A stretch of DNA of 64,000 nt from Candidatus Staskawiczbacteria bacterium (GCA_026395295.1 JAPLYZ010000006.1:21836-85835); one strand, 5' to 3'. Counted from the first letter of the stretch, positions 1 through 7,830 are shown. Numbers and translations: made by a program. The notes: generated by a model not told the origin, from the sequence alone.

Positions 1-415
1 TTGCATTAAATGGCACCGGGTCTGGTTTTTGCCAAACCAAGGCATCAACGGCTATAAAGCCATTTTTTTCTAAAGCATTCCAAAAAATACCTATATCCTT
101 TTTCGCACAAAATGATATAAACCAGCCATTTGTTTTCTGGGTTGCCAACTCCAGCCATTCATTATTGAGTTTATCCCATTCCCCAAAATTAAAATTTAGT
201 TTAGCAGTTGTTCCAAGTCTTTCATTCTTACAATTTAAATCCTTACTTATACCATAAGGAGGGTCTGTAATTATCGAGCTAACGGCTCTGTCTGGTAATT
301 TTTTTAATTCTTCAATTGCATCACCACAAATAATTTGGTTAATTGGCAAAACAAAAGTTTGTTCTTTCTTATCATCAATCAGAATTTTCGATTTTTTTGC
401 TATTTGTAATGACAT
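1..415 (-). CDS. DNA methyltransferase (N6A/N4C amino-MTase), N-terminal part; gene runs off the left window edge
   Basis: Absent from the ORF track because it is truncated. Manual minus-strand translation from the ATG (complement of 413-415) gives MSLQIAKKSKILIDDKKEQTFVLPINQIICGDAIEELKKLPDRAVSSIITDPPYGISK... The DPPY catalytic motif IV lies near the N-terminus. Confidence 0.75.
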   Translation of the reverse strand, partial: MSLQIAKKSKILIDDKKEQTFVLPINQIICGDAIEELKKLPDRAVSSIITDPPYGISKDLNCKNERLGTTAKLNFNFGEWDKLNNEWLELATQKTNGWFISFCAKKDIGIFWNALEKNGFIAVDALVWQKPDPVPFNA

Positions 416-541
416 AATATATTCGTTGATTTTATTGTATTATAGTATAAAAAATATTAAATACCAAATGCAAAGTACAAGCTTGTTTTTAGGGCTAAAA
501 AGTGGTAGTTTAGAATTGTAATAAAATAACAATTAAATATT

Positions 542-1420
542 ATGAATGATAAAATAAACCTAATTAAACCGCAAAAAATTAGTTTAGTAAACAACCCTGT
601 TTTAACTGAAAAATGGGTGCAGGAAATTATCGCAAACGATCCGACCATTTTAGGTTTGGGAGATTTAATATTAAAAGACAAAGAAAGAATGCAACCAAGA
701 GCTGGTAGGTTGGATTTATTACTGCAAGATGTCGATTCTGAAAGGAGATATGAAGTTGAATTGCAACTTGGCAAGGTGGACGAAAGCCATATTATAAGAA
801 CTATTGAATATTATGATATTGAGAAAAAAAGATACCCGCAATACGACCATTGCGCAGTTATTATTGCAGAAGATATAACTAATAGGTTTTTGAATGTAAT
901 AAATATTTTGAATGGAACCGTGCCGCTGATAGTGATAAAAATGGAGGCATACAAAAACGGCATTGACCATTGGCTTTGTTTTACAACTGTTCTTAGCGAA
1001 GTTAATTTGGGTTTAATTGAAGAAGATGAAATCGCAGAAGTTACAGACAGAAACTATTGGGAGGAACGGGCAAACACTAAAACGGTGGAATTAACAGACG
1101 AATTGTTGGCAATAATAAATGAATTTGCTGGCGGATACGAATTAAAATATAATAAATTTTATATTGGACTTGCCAAAGATGGGAAGGCAAATAATTTTAT
1201 AGTGTTTAGGCCACAAAAAATAAATGTAAGAGCGGAAATAAGGATAGACCAAAATGAAGAGCTGACTAAAGAAATAGAAGATTCGGGATTGGATTTAATG
1301 GAATATTCTAGCCAATGGGGGCGGTATAGAATAAGAATTTCAAAACAAGATTTAACGACACATAGGGACTTAATTATAAAAATATTTAAAATGGCATTTG
1401 AGCAGAACAATAGAGATTAG
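542..1420 (+). CDS. Nuclease-fold (PD-(D/E)xK-like) protein, candidate restriction endonuclease partner of the divergent methyltransferase
   Basis: 292-aa ORF. The segment GRLDLLLQD...YEVELQLGKVDESH resembles a D...ExE/Q nuclease core. It is divergently arranged from the MTase across a 126-bp shared intergenic region. The function is inferred, not proven. Confidence 0.5.
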   Translation: MNDKINLIKPQKISLVNNPVLTEKWVQEIIANDPTILGLGDLILKDKERMQPRAGRLDLLLQDVDSERRYEVELQLGKVDESHIIRTIEYYDIEKKRYPQYDHCAVIIAEDITNRFLNVINILNGTVPLIVIKMEAYKNGIDHWLCFTTVLSEVNLGLIEEDEIAEVTDRNYWEERANTKTVELTDELLAIINEFAGGYELKYNKFYIGLAKDGKANNFIVFRPQKINVRAEIRIDQNEELTKEIEDSGLDLMEYSSQWGRYRIRISKQDLTTHRDLIIKIFKMAFEQNNRD

Positions 1421-1438
1421 TTAAATTTGTCGCCTGAC

Positions 1439-1467
1439 AAAAGCCCAACTCATTATAAGGGCTTTTT
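1439..1467 (+). terminator. Intrinsic terminator after the nuclease-like gene
   Basis: Stem aaaagccc / gggctttt with a loop and a trailing T-run. Confidence 0.6.
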
Positions 1468-1485
1468 GTTTGGCTTAAAAGGGGC

Positions 1486-1513
1486 TTGACACGGATTTAT
1501 GAAATGATATACT
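1486..1513 (+). promoter_or_regulatory. Sigma70-type promoter of the mini-HTH/HEPN operon
   Basis: TTGACA (1486-1491), 16-nt spacer, TATACT (1508-1513). Confidence 0.55.
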
Positions 1514-1603
1514 GAAAACTGAATAAATAACTTTAGATAAAAAGTAATACATGTCTTAGATGTATTTTTAGCCAATTATTACTTTTTTTTCTTATTAACC
1601 ACT

Positions 1604-1846
1604 ATGGATATAAAAGAAATAGATGTAATCAGAGAGCTTAAATCAACAAATAAGCTTTTAAGGGTAATCGTTTCCCTACTTCTTAAAAGGAAGGAAAAAG
1701 ATTTGCTTCCCTTGAAGGAACAGGTTGAGATTTTGTATGATTCTGGACTAAAACCAATTGAGATTGCTGAAATAATCGGTCGAAGCAATCTCTATGTTAA
1801 TAAAGAAATCTCCGGCATTAGAAAAAACAGGGAACAAAAAAAATAA
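1604..1846 (+). CDS. Mini HTH protein, paralog 1 of 4
   Basis: 80 aa. C-terminal HTH-like segment GLKPIEIAEIIGRSNLYVNKEISGIRK. The stop lies 1 nt before the next ATG. Confidence 0.7.
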   Translation: MDIKEIDVIRELKSTNKLLRVIVSLLLKRKEKDLLPLKEQVEILYDSGLKPIEIAEIIGRSNLYVNKEISGIRKNREQKK

Positions 1847-1847
1847 T

Positions 1848-2018
1848 ATGGCAAAGAAACAAAAACAAGAGAATACAACGGATGAACTGCTTCGAGATAT
1901 CTTTATCACTCAGCTTGGTTTGGCGGGGCTTACTCAACATCAAATAAGAGAAATTGTTGGGGTGGATATGCACCGCGTAAATCGTATTGTAAAACATTTT
2001 AAAAAATTAAACAAATAA
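1848..2018 (+). CDS. Mini HTH protein, paralog 2 of 4
   Basis: In-frame ATG at 1848 (MAKKQKQ...), chosen over the track start at 1794, which overlaps paralog 1. HTH-like GLTQHQIREIVGVDMHRVNRIVKHFKK. Confidence 0.65.
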   Translation: MAKKQKQENTTDELLRDIFITQLGLAGLTQHQIREIVGVDMHRVNRIVKHFKKLNK

Positions 2019-2019
2019 C

Positions 2020-2193
2020 ATGGAAAATAGTAAATTAGAGGAAAAAGTAGAGATTTTAGTAGAGTTAACGCGTCACAACTTGGTTCTCTCATTGTTCATG
2101 AGTGGAGCCACACAAGATGATATTTGCAAAAGTTTGCATATGAGTAAAACAAAGGTTGTAGACATGTTGAAAGGAGTTAAAAGAGATAAATAA
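2020..2193 (+). CDS. Mini HTH protein, paralog 3 of 4 (57 aa, below the track cutoff)
   Basis: Manual translation gives MENSKLEEKVEILVELTRHNLVLSLFMSGATQDDICKSLHMSKTKVVDMLKGVKRDK. It fills the gap between its neighbours exactly (1-2 nt spacers). Confidence 0.6.
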   Translation: MENSKLEEKVEILVELTRHNLVLSLFMSGATQDDICKSLHMSKTKVVDMLKGVKRDK

Positions 2194-2195
2194 TT

Positions 2196-2429
2196 ATGGA
2201 GCAAGAAAAACTTTCGGAAATATCAAAAAAACTTAATGTGCTCATTGCCCTGTCAATCAAAAATTTAGGGGGAGAAAAAGATTTTGGCAACAAGGGACGA
2301 AAGCAAGGTGCTGGCGAATTAGCACGCTATCTTTCAGATTTTGACATAGATTCTAAGGATATAGCAGAGATATTGGGTGCTCCTCTACAAAGCATAAGGA
2401 CATTATTAACGCCTAAAAGAAGAAAATAA
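2196..2429 (+). CDS. Mini HTH protein, paralog 4 of 4
   Basis: 77 aa. HTH-like DIDSKDIAEILGAPLQSIRTLLTPKRRK. Confidence 0.7.
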   Translation: MEQEKLSEISKKLNVLIALSIKNLGGEKDFGNKGRKQGAGELARYLSDFDIDSKDIAEILGAPLQSIRTLLTPKRRK

Positions 2430-2430
2430 T

Positions 2431-3147
2431 ATGGCTCGTCCTTGTATTCTTGACCCGAAAATAATGTCAAAAATTGCCAAAAAAATTGGCAAAAAAGATA
2501 TTACTGCCATCAATGTAATGGTAAGTAAAAAAGCATCAAAGCTTGGCATATCTGCTGAGGCGGCTTTTGTAATTTTGGCTAATAGCTACGGCATAGGGAC
2601 TTCTACATATCAAAAAAACTTAGACGATTCGAAACGTGCAGAAATTAGAGATTCAATACCTATCATTTTGAATGGTGCTAATCACACAAATTCTAAAAAA
2701 CAGAACAAGAATTATAGAAGAATAACCAATAATAAGCTGGCTTTGAAAATAGTAATCAATAATTTAATAAAAGATAAAGAATTATTGAGCAGATGTGGGG
2801 ATATTTTAATGGCACATAAGCATTTTGATAGACCTATAAATCAAGCAACGCAAGTGCTTGAGGACAGGGTAAGAGATAAATCAAAACCAACGAGCAAATT
2901 AACTGGAGAAAGTTTGGTCGGGTATGCTTTTAATGAAGATTCGGCTAAAACCGTTCTACAAGTTTTTAGTAAAGACGCTGATGACCAAAGAGGTTTTACT
3001 CAAATTATGAGAGGAATTGTTCCTGCATTTAGAAATAAAACCCATCATCATCTTGTAAATAGTTTTACTCAAGAAGAGGCATTGTCGGTTTGTGGGTTTA
3101 TAGATGTTTTGTTAAGAGTAGTTGATAATTCAACAAAAATAAAATAG
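2431..3147 (+). CDS. TIGR02391 (Hypoth_Ymh)-like protein with a HEPN-type Rx4H motif; putative RNase toxin/abortive-infection component
   Basis: 238 aa. The C-terminal GFTQIMRGIVPAFRNKTHHHLVNSFTQEEAL matches the family pattern as I recall it (R-N-x-x-H-H). The gene starts 1 nt after the stop of HTH paralog 4. Confidence 0.6.
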   Translation: MARPCILDPKIMSKIAKKIGKKDITAINVMVSKKASKLGISAEAAFVILANSYGIGTSTYQKNLDDSKRAEIRDSIPIILNGANHTNSKKQNKNYRRITNNKLALKIVINNLIKDKELLSRCGDILMAHKHFDRPINQATQVLEDRVRDKSKPTSKLTGESLVGYAFNEDSAKTVLQVFSKDADDQRGFTQIMRGIVPAFRNKTHHHLVNSFTQEEALSVCGFIDVLLRVVDNSTKIK

Positions 3148-3324
3148 ATTTTTTAAATTTGAAACAATTCCTTAAATAAGAATTAAATTATCCATTTCAA
3201 CCTTCATCAAACTCCAATCAATACTTCTGAACGCATCCAGTAGGGGGCGCACGAAGCACTTGGTATCACGCGATGCCGAGACCATAAAAAAGCTCATTCC
3301 CTAAAAAGTGAGCTTTTTGCTTGT

Positions 3325-3369
3325 TTGACATGGGTTTTGTTAAATAGTATACTAATAAAAATTAGTATA
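3325..3369 (+). promoter_or_regulatory. arsR-operon promoter with an overlapping inverted-repeat operator
   Basis: TTGACA (3325-3330), 17-nt spacer, TATACT (3348-3353). The inverted repeat tatactaat-aaaa-attagtata (3348-3369) covers the -10 box, as is typical for ArsR/SmtB operators. Confidence 0.6.
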
Positions 3370-3377
3370 GCTTTTTT

Positions 3378-3656
3378 ATGGAAAAGAAAATAGATAAAAT
3401 AAACGAATTTCTCAAAATAATAGCCGACCCAAATCGGCTTAAAATTTTAGTTTTCTTAAAAAATAAACCTCAATGCGTTTGTAAGATTTACCCAATGCTT
3501 AAAATCTCTCAAAAATTGGCTTCACACCACTTGTCCCAATTAAGAAAGTTAGATCTGGTTAAGCAGGAGAGAAACGGAAATTTTATATATTACAGCATAA
3601 ATAAAAAAGTTTTTAAAAAATATATGCATATTCTTAATTCAACAATAAAAATATGA
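3378..3656 (+). CDS. ArsR/SmtB family transcriptional repressor
   Basis: 92 aa. Contains ADPNRLKILVFL...CVCKI...SQKLASHHLSQLRKLDLV, a wHTH with a CxC metal/metalloid site. Confidence 0.85.
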   Translation: MEKKIDKINEFLKIIADPNRLKILVFLKNKPQCVCKIYPMLKISQKLASHHLSQLRKLDLVKQERNGNFIYYSINKKVFKKYMHILNSTIKI

Positions 3657-3940
3657 TAAAAATTTTAGGTATGGGTTGCCCAAGCTGTGCAACATTAGAG
3701 AAAAACGTAAAAGAGGCGTTAAAACAATTAAATAAAACCGACGAGGTTGTTAAAATAACCGATATTAAAGAAATTATGGGCTATGGAATAATGAGTGTGC
3801 CTGCTTTGGTTATTGACGAAAAAGTTTTAAGTTCCGGCACGGTTTTATCTGTTGATGAGGTAAAAGGTCTTCTTACAAATAATAAAGCCAGTGAAAACAC
3901 GCAAAAGCAGGGCGGTTGTTCGTGTGGCGGTAATTGTTAA
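3653..3940 (+). CDS. Small thioredoxin-fold protein (redox-active disulfide protein 2 type)
   Basis: N-terminal GMGCPSCATLEKN with a CxxC motif, and a Cys-rich tail CSCGGNC. It overlaps arsR by 4 nt. Confidence 0.75.
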   Translation: MIKILGMGCPSCATLEKNVKEALKQLNKTDEVVKITDIKEIMGYGIMSVPALVIDEKVLSSGTVLSVDEVKGLLTNNKASENTQKQGGCSCGGNC

Positions 3941-3948
3941 TTAAAATT

Positions 3949-4914
3949 ATGAGTATTTTTTATCCAGTTCAGTTATTAGCAGATTGGTTAACATATAGTG
4001 TTTTTCATATTGCTACCGAAACAACACTGGCAGGAGCAGTCAATTTTTTTATTTTTGACACAATAAAGATTTTGATTTTATTGATTGTAATTATCTTTAT
4101 CGTTTCAATTATCCGTTCTTTTCTGCCTCCTGAAAAAATCAAAAAGATACTTTCTCGTAAAAATAAATATGTTGGTAATGTTTTAGCTTCGTTGCTTGGC
4201 ATAATAACGCCATTCTGTACCTGTTCTGCCATCCCCTTGTTCCTGGGCTTTGTTGAGGCAGGAGTTCCTCTTGGAACGACTTTTTCTTTCCTTGTTGCTT
4301 CTCCAATGATAAACGAAGTGGCACTGGTGTTATTATTTGGATTGTTCGGCTTAAAAGTAGCCAGCATTTACGTCGTAAGCGGTTTAATTATAGCGATTTT
4401 GTCGGGTATTATTATAGGTCATTTTAAAGTTGAAAACCTTGTAGAGGACTTTTCAAATGGTAAAAAAATAAATGAACTGGATTTGCCTTCTCTTTCGTGG
4501 AAACAAAGATTTATCTACGCCAGAAATTATACTTTTGATATTGTAAAAAAGGTTTGGTTATATGTCATTATTGGAATTGGAGTTGGGGCTTGGATACACG
4601 GCTATGTTCCAGCCGACCTAATAGCAAAATACGCAAACGGAAATAATTGGTATGCCGTTCCTTTGGCTGTGCTTATCGGAATACCTCTTTATTCAAATGC
4701 GGCGGGAGTAATACCGCTAATTGGAGTTTTAACTGAAAAGGGGGTATCAATGGGAACTGCACTTGCTTTGATGATGGCTGTAACGGGTTTGTCTCTCCCA
4801 GAGTTCCTTATTTTAAGGAAAGTAATGAAAACAAAGCTTATACTTATATTCGCTGGTATAGTGGGAGTTGGGATTATTTTTACAGGTTATTTATTTAATT
4901 CTTTAATGAAATAA
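3949..4914 (+). CDS. Multi-pass permease (DUF318/ArsP-like, CTC motif)
   Basis: Highly hydrophobic, with the TPFCTCSAIPLF motif. The ATG at 3949 is preferred over the TTG at 3934. Confidence 0.7.
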   Translation: MSIFYPVQLLADWLTYSVFHIATETTLAGAVNFFIFDTIKILILLIVIIFIVSIIRSFLPPEKIKKILSRKNKYVGNVLASLLGIITPFCTCSAIPLFLGFVEAGVPLGTTFSFLVASPMINEVALVLLFGLFGLKVASIYVVSGLIIAILSGIIIGHFKVENLVEDFSNGKKINELDLPSLSWKQRFIYARNYTFDIVKKVWLYVIIGIGVGAWIHGYVPADLIAKYANGNNWYAVPLAVLIGIPLYSNAAGVIPLIGVLTEKGVSMGTALALMMAVTGLSLPEFLILRKVMKTKLILIFAGIVGVGIIFTGYLFNSLMK

Positions 4915-4915
4915 T

Positions 4916-5359
4916 ATGGGGAAAAAAATAATTATAGGAATAGGAGTAATAGCTTTAATTTTGTTAGCCGTTTTCGTTGTTAAGCCAAAAAATAACCTCA
5001 TAAATAGCACAAATCAAACAGGAGCTACAAAGGTTCAAGTTTTTCTTTTCCACGCAACCCAACGATGCCCGACCTGTATTAGTATCGGAAGATTAGCAAG
5101 GGCTACGGTAGAGGAAAGGTTTGCAGAGCAACTTAAATCTGGCACGATAGAATTTAGAGAGGTTAACATTGATCTCCCAGAAAATAAAGCTCTTGCAGAA
5201 AAATTCCAAGCTACTGGTTCGGCTCTCTATATTAACGCAATTAAAGATGGGCAAGATAATATAGCAGAGGATACTATGGTCTGGCAACTTGCGTCTGGTT
5301 ACGAGATCAAGTTTAAGGATTATTTATCGGAGAAGTTAAACACCATATTGGAAATATAA
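4916..5359 (+). CDS. Membrane-anchored thioredoxin-like protein (CPTC)
   Basis: N-terminal TM helix, then FHATQRCPTCISIG. Its size and context resemble the ArsF-like partners of DsbD-like transporters (low confidence). Confidence 0.6.
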   Translation: MGKKIIIGIGVIALILLAVFVVKPKNNLINSTNQTGATKVQVFLFHATQRCPTCISIGRLARATVEERFAEQLKSGTIEFREVNIDLPENKALAEKFQATGSALYINAIKDGQDNIAEDTMVWQLASGYEIKFKDYLSEKLNTILEI

Positions 5360-6078
5360 TGGAATTTATCAATACTATAATCGCTAACTATAACATACCT
5401 GTTTTATCAGCTTTTCTGTTGGGCATATTAACCTCTATAAGCCCCTGCCCGTTAGCCACCAACGTAACAGCTATCGCCTATATCTCCAAAGACATTAAAA
5501 CTCCAAAGCACACGATTTTATCAGGTCTTTTTTATACTTTGGGGAGGGGAATAAGTTACACATTATTGGCGACTTTAATCTATTTTGGTTTCTCCACTTT
5601 TCAGATTTCCCGAATTTTTCAAGGGTGGGGAGATAAAGTTCTGGGGATTGTTTTGATTTTAATAGGTTTAGTTATGTTCGGGGTAATTAAGATAAATATA
5701 AAAAATAATAGCCAAATTATTGAAAAGGCAAAACTATGGCTGGCAGATAAGGGTTATTTTGGGTCGTTGTTATTAGGTATGCTATTCGCCCTTGCTTTCT
5801 GTCCTTATAGTGGGGCTTTATTCTTTGGGGTAGTAATCCCATTGATAGTAAATTCGGTCGGCGGTTTGTTGCTCCCTGCTTTTTTCGCTTTGGGAACTGG
5901 TTTGCCAGTAATCATCTTCGCTTTTCTTATTGCTTTTAGCGTGAATACTGCGAGCAAAGCATTCCAATCGGTGCAAAAAATAGAGAAATATGTTCGTTAT
6001 GGGGTAGCGTCTGTATTTGTCTTGACGGGAATTTATTATATGCAGTTTTTAATTAAATTTATTTTGGGTTATTTTTAA
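5359..6078 (+). CDS. CcdA/DsbD-family thiol-disulfide transmembrane electron transporter (ArsG-like)
   Basis: 239 aa, about 6 TM helices. SPCPLATN and FCPYSG motifs sit in separate helices. Confidence 0.65.
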   Translation: MEFINTIIANYNIPVLSAFLLGILTSISPCPLATNVTAIAYISKDIKTPKHTILSGLFYTLGRGISYTLLATLIYFGFSTFQISRIFQGWGDKVLGIVLILIGLVMFGVIKINIKNNSQIIEKAKLWLADKGYFGSLLLGMLFALAFCPYSGALFFGVVIPLIVNSVGGLLLPAFFALGTGLPVIIFAFLIAFSVNTASKAFQSVQKIEKYVRYGVASVFVLTGIYYMQFLIKFILGYF

Positions 6079-6281
6079 GTCGTTGGCTTCAAGCCCGGGA
6101 TATAAGTATATTCTTTATTCTCCTGTATGGCGGTTCTAACGTCGTCCAACTAGCCCGCGCTTTCGTGAAAGCTGTTTCGAAGACGGCTTTTTTGTTGTAT
6201 AATGGAGTAAACATTCATTCAGCGAAGATAATAAAGGTCGAAAAAATAATTAGCAGAGCTAAAAAATTAAATCATTTTTTT

Positions 6282-6755
6282 ATGAATATAGCATCTTATT
6301 TATTAGCCAGTCTTTACTCGGGCGTTTCTCCGTCATTCAATGTTGCGGCTTTGTCTTGCACAGTGAATGGACAGGAGGTGGCGTGCCCGGGGTGGGCAGG
6401 GCCTTTAATGGCGTTCTTCCCGATTGTGATGTTGCTTTTTGTTGCTTTCATTTTTGTTACAATGTGGATAATCTTCAAAAAAGCAAATCAGCCGGGCTGG
6501 GCAGCCATCATTCCTGTTTATAACATTGTTGTAATGTTGCAAATTGTGCGAAAGCCTACTTGGTGGGTTATTCTGTCTTTTGTTCCATTAGTCAACATAA
6601 TTATAGGGTTGATTGTCATGTACGAATTTGCCAAAGTTTTTGGCAAAGGGTTCGGGTTCTTTTTGGGAATGCTTTTCTTGCCTATAATTTTTTATCCTAT
6701 TCTGGCTTTCGGAAAGTCTGTCTATATGCCGGGCAGTCAAGCTAAAATCGCATAA
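6282..6755 (+). CDS. Small membrane protein (DUF5684-like)
   Basis: IFKKANQPGWAAIIPVYNIVVMLQIVRKPTWW is the motif typical of this family. The ATG at 6282 is preferred, because the track start at 6165 reads through a terminator-like region. Confidence 0.6.
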   Translation: MNIASYLLASLYSGVSPSFNVAALSCTVNGQEVACPGWAGPLMAFFPIVMLLFVAFIFVTMWIIFKKANQPGWAAIIPVYNIVVMLQIVRKPTWWVILSFVPLVNIIIGLIVMYEFAKVFGKGFGFFLGMLFLPIIFYPILAFGKSVYMPGSQAKIA

Positions 6756-6786
6756 CTTTCTCTGGACGTTTATCCTTTATTGACCA

Positions 6787-6818
6787 AAAAACCACCTTTT
6801 TACAAATAGGTGGTTTTT
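6787..6818 (+). terminator. Intrinsic terminator
   Basis: aaaaaccacct / aggtggttttt stem with a T-run. Confidence 0.7.
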
Positions 6819-6838
6819 GTTTTAGTAAGTATATTTAC

Positions 6839-6867
6839 TTGACACGGCTGGTTTTTTAAAATATAAT
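6839..6867 (+). promoter_or_regulatory. Promoter of GC-rich cassette A
   Basis: TTGACA (6839-6844), 17-nt spacer, TATAAT (6862-6867). Confidence 0.65.
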
Positions 6868-6969
6868 CGCAAGTGCACCTTGACAAAAGCAAAACCATAT
6901 ATGTTTTATCCCGCTATTGTGGCGGGAGCAGATGTGGGCTTTATAGTCTGGGAGAAAGGATTGGTTATT

Positions 6970-7725
6970 ATGAAGAGCATTGTATTGATAGTATCAGCAT
7001 TGTTTTGGTCGGCAACTGCCGTATTCTCCGCTGGTCCGGCAACGACCAGTGGCGACTGGAGGTTCAGCTTCGCGTTCGCCCCAAATTACTACGACACGTC
7101 CGGGGTGGAGTCGAAGTCAATTCCGGTCAACCCTGCGGATGCAGGATTCTTGCACGGCAACACCGAGGCGCGCGCACGCAGCGGCGTGGACTGGGCGTGC
7201 TTCGAGCTGGGCCTGGCGAAAAGTTTTCGCATCAGAAGCTGGGAAGGGCAACGCTGGTCATTACGACCAATAGTTGGGATTAACGCGCAGTTCAGTTTCC
7301 TTTCCTTGGGGTCAGACAGCTCGGATAATACGGACAGGGCCCTTTTCAATGTTAAGCAACAGTCTTCAGACACGCGGCCACCCTCGAGCGGATCGTTCGT
7401 GTATGACAAACTGAATCCCGGAATTGTAACCCCAATTCCATTTCTGGGCGTGGAAATCAACTGCGGAAACCTGATCCTGAGTCCCGAGATCGGATTTGCG
7501 TGCAAGCAGTTCTCCCGGGAATTTGGCGATTACAGGTGGGCAGTTTTTTCAGCCATCGGGAAGTCTTCTGAATGGGTATTCAGCCCCAGACCAGCGCTGA
7601 AAATCGGCTACAAATTTGATGAGAACATCGAAGTAGGCGTGTCCTGCGCGTACGAGTCCTACAAGTGTAGCTTCGGCACCGTGAAGGAGTTTTCGGCCGG
7701 CATCTACGGGCGAATCAGCTTCTAG
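6970..7725 (+). CDS. GC-rich cassette A: secreted protein with outer-membrane beta-barrel-like features
   Basis: Signal peptide MKSIVLIVSALFWSATAVFSAGP. Alternating hydrophobic/polar strands and aromatic girdle residues. The C-terminal ...AGIYGRISF ends in Phe. gaaagga lies upstream of the ATG at 6970. The region is much more GC-rich than its flanks. Confidence 0.6.
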   Translation: MKSIVLIVSALFWSATAVFSAGPATTSGDWRFSFAFAPNYYDTSGVESKSIPVNPADAGFLHGNTEARARSGVDWACFELGLAKSFRIRSWEGQRWSLRPIVGINAQFSFLSLGSDSSDNTDRALFNVKQQSSDTRPPSSGSFVYDKLNPGIVTPIPFLGVEINCGNLILSPEIGFACKQFSREFGDYRWAVFSAIGKSSEWVFSPRPALKIGYKFDENIEVGVSCAYESYKCSFGTVKEFSAGIYGRISF

Positions 7726-7750
7726 CCCCTCTGCCTGGTCAGCGGTTTAT

Positions 7751-7786
7751 GCGGTTTCGTTCACTAAGCGAAACCGCCTTTTTTAT
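7751..7786 (+). terminator. Terminator of cassette A
   Basis: Stem gcggtttcg / cgaaaccgc, loop ttcactaag, then ctttttt. Confidence 0.75.
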
Positions 7787-7801
7787 TCGGTGTCATAAAC
7801 C

Positions 7802-7830
7802 TTGACAGGATTGCAATTATGATATAAAGT
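7802..7830 (+). promoter_or_regulatory. Promoter of GC-rich cassette B
   Basis: TTGACA (7802-7807), 17-nt spacer, TAAAGT (7825-7830). Confidence 0.5.

Noticed and set aside
1794-2018. The track start for mini-HTH paralog 2 (74 aa from 1794). Similarly long N-terminal extensions exist for 6165, 9819, 11258, 17521, 29998, 35082, 40243, 40830, 53073 and 58160.
   Set aside because: These extensions overlap the preceding gene, a promoter or a terminator (several start on TTG inside a TTGACA box). Internal ATGs give proteins that begin at the conserved N-termini.
3231-3283. A tRNA or tRNA fragment as an integration site at the defence-island boundary.
   Set aside because: No T-arm (GTTCRANYC) or acceptor/anticodon arrangement could be fitted on either strand. 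No tRNA-like sequence was seen anywhere in the window.
6873-7505. Overlapping ORFs inside GC-rich cassette A (6873-7283, 7049-7273, 7089-7505 minus). Similar sets occur in cassettes B, C, D and H.
   Set aside because: High GC suppresses stop codons in all frames. Only one frame per cassette has a signal peptide, an SD or recognisable motifs. The others are Arg/Ala/Pro-rich, as expected for off-frame GC-rich translation.
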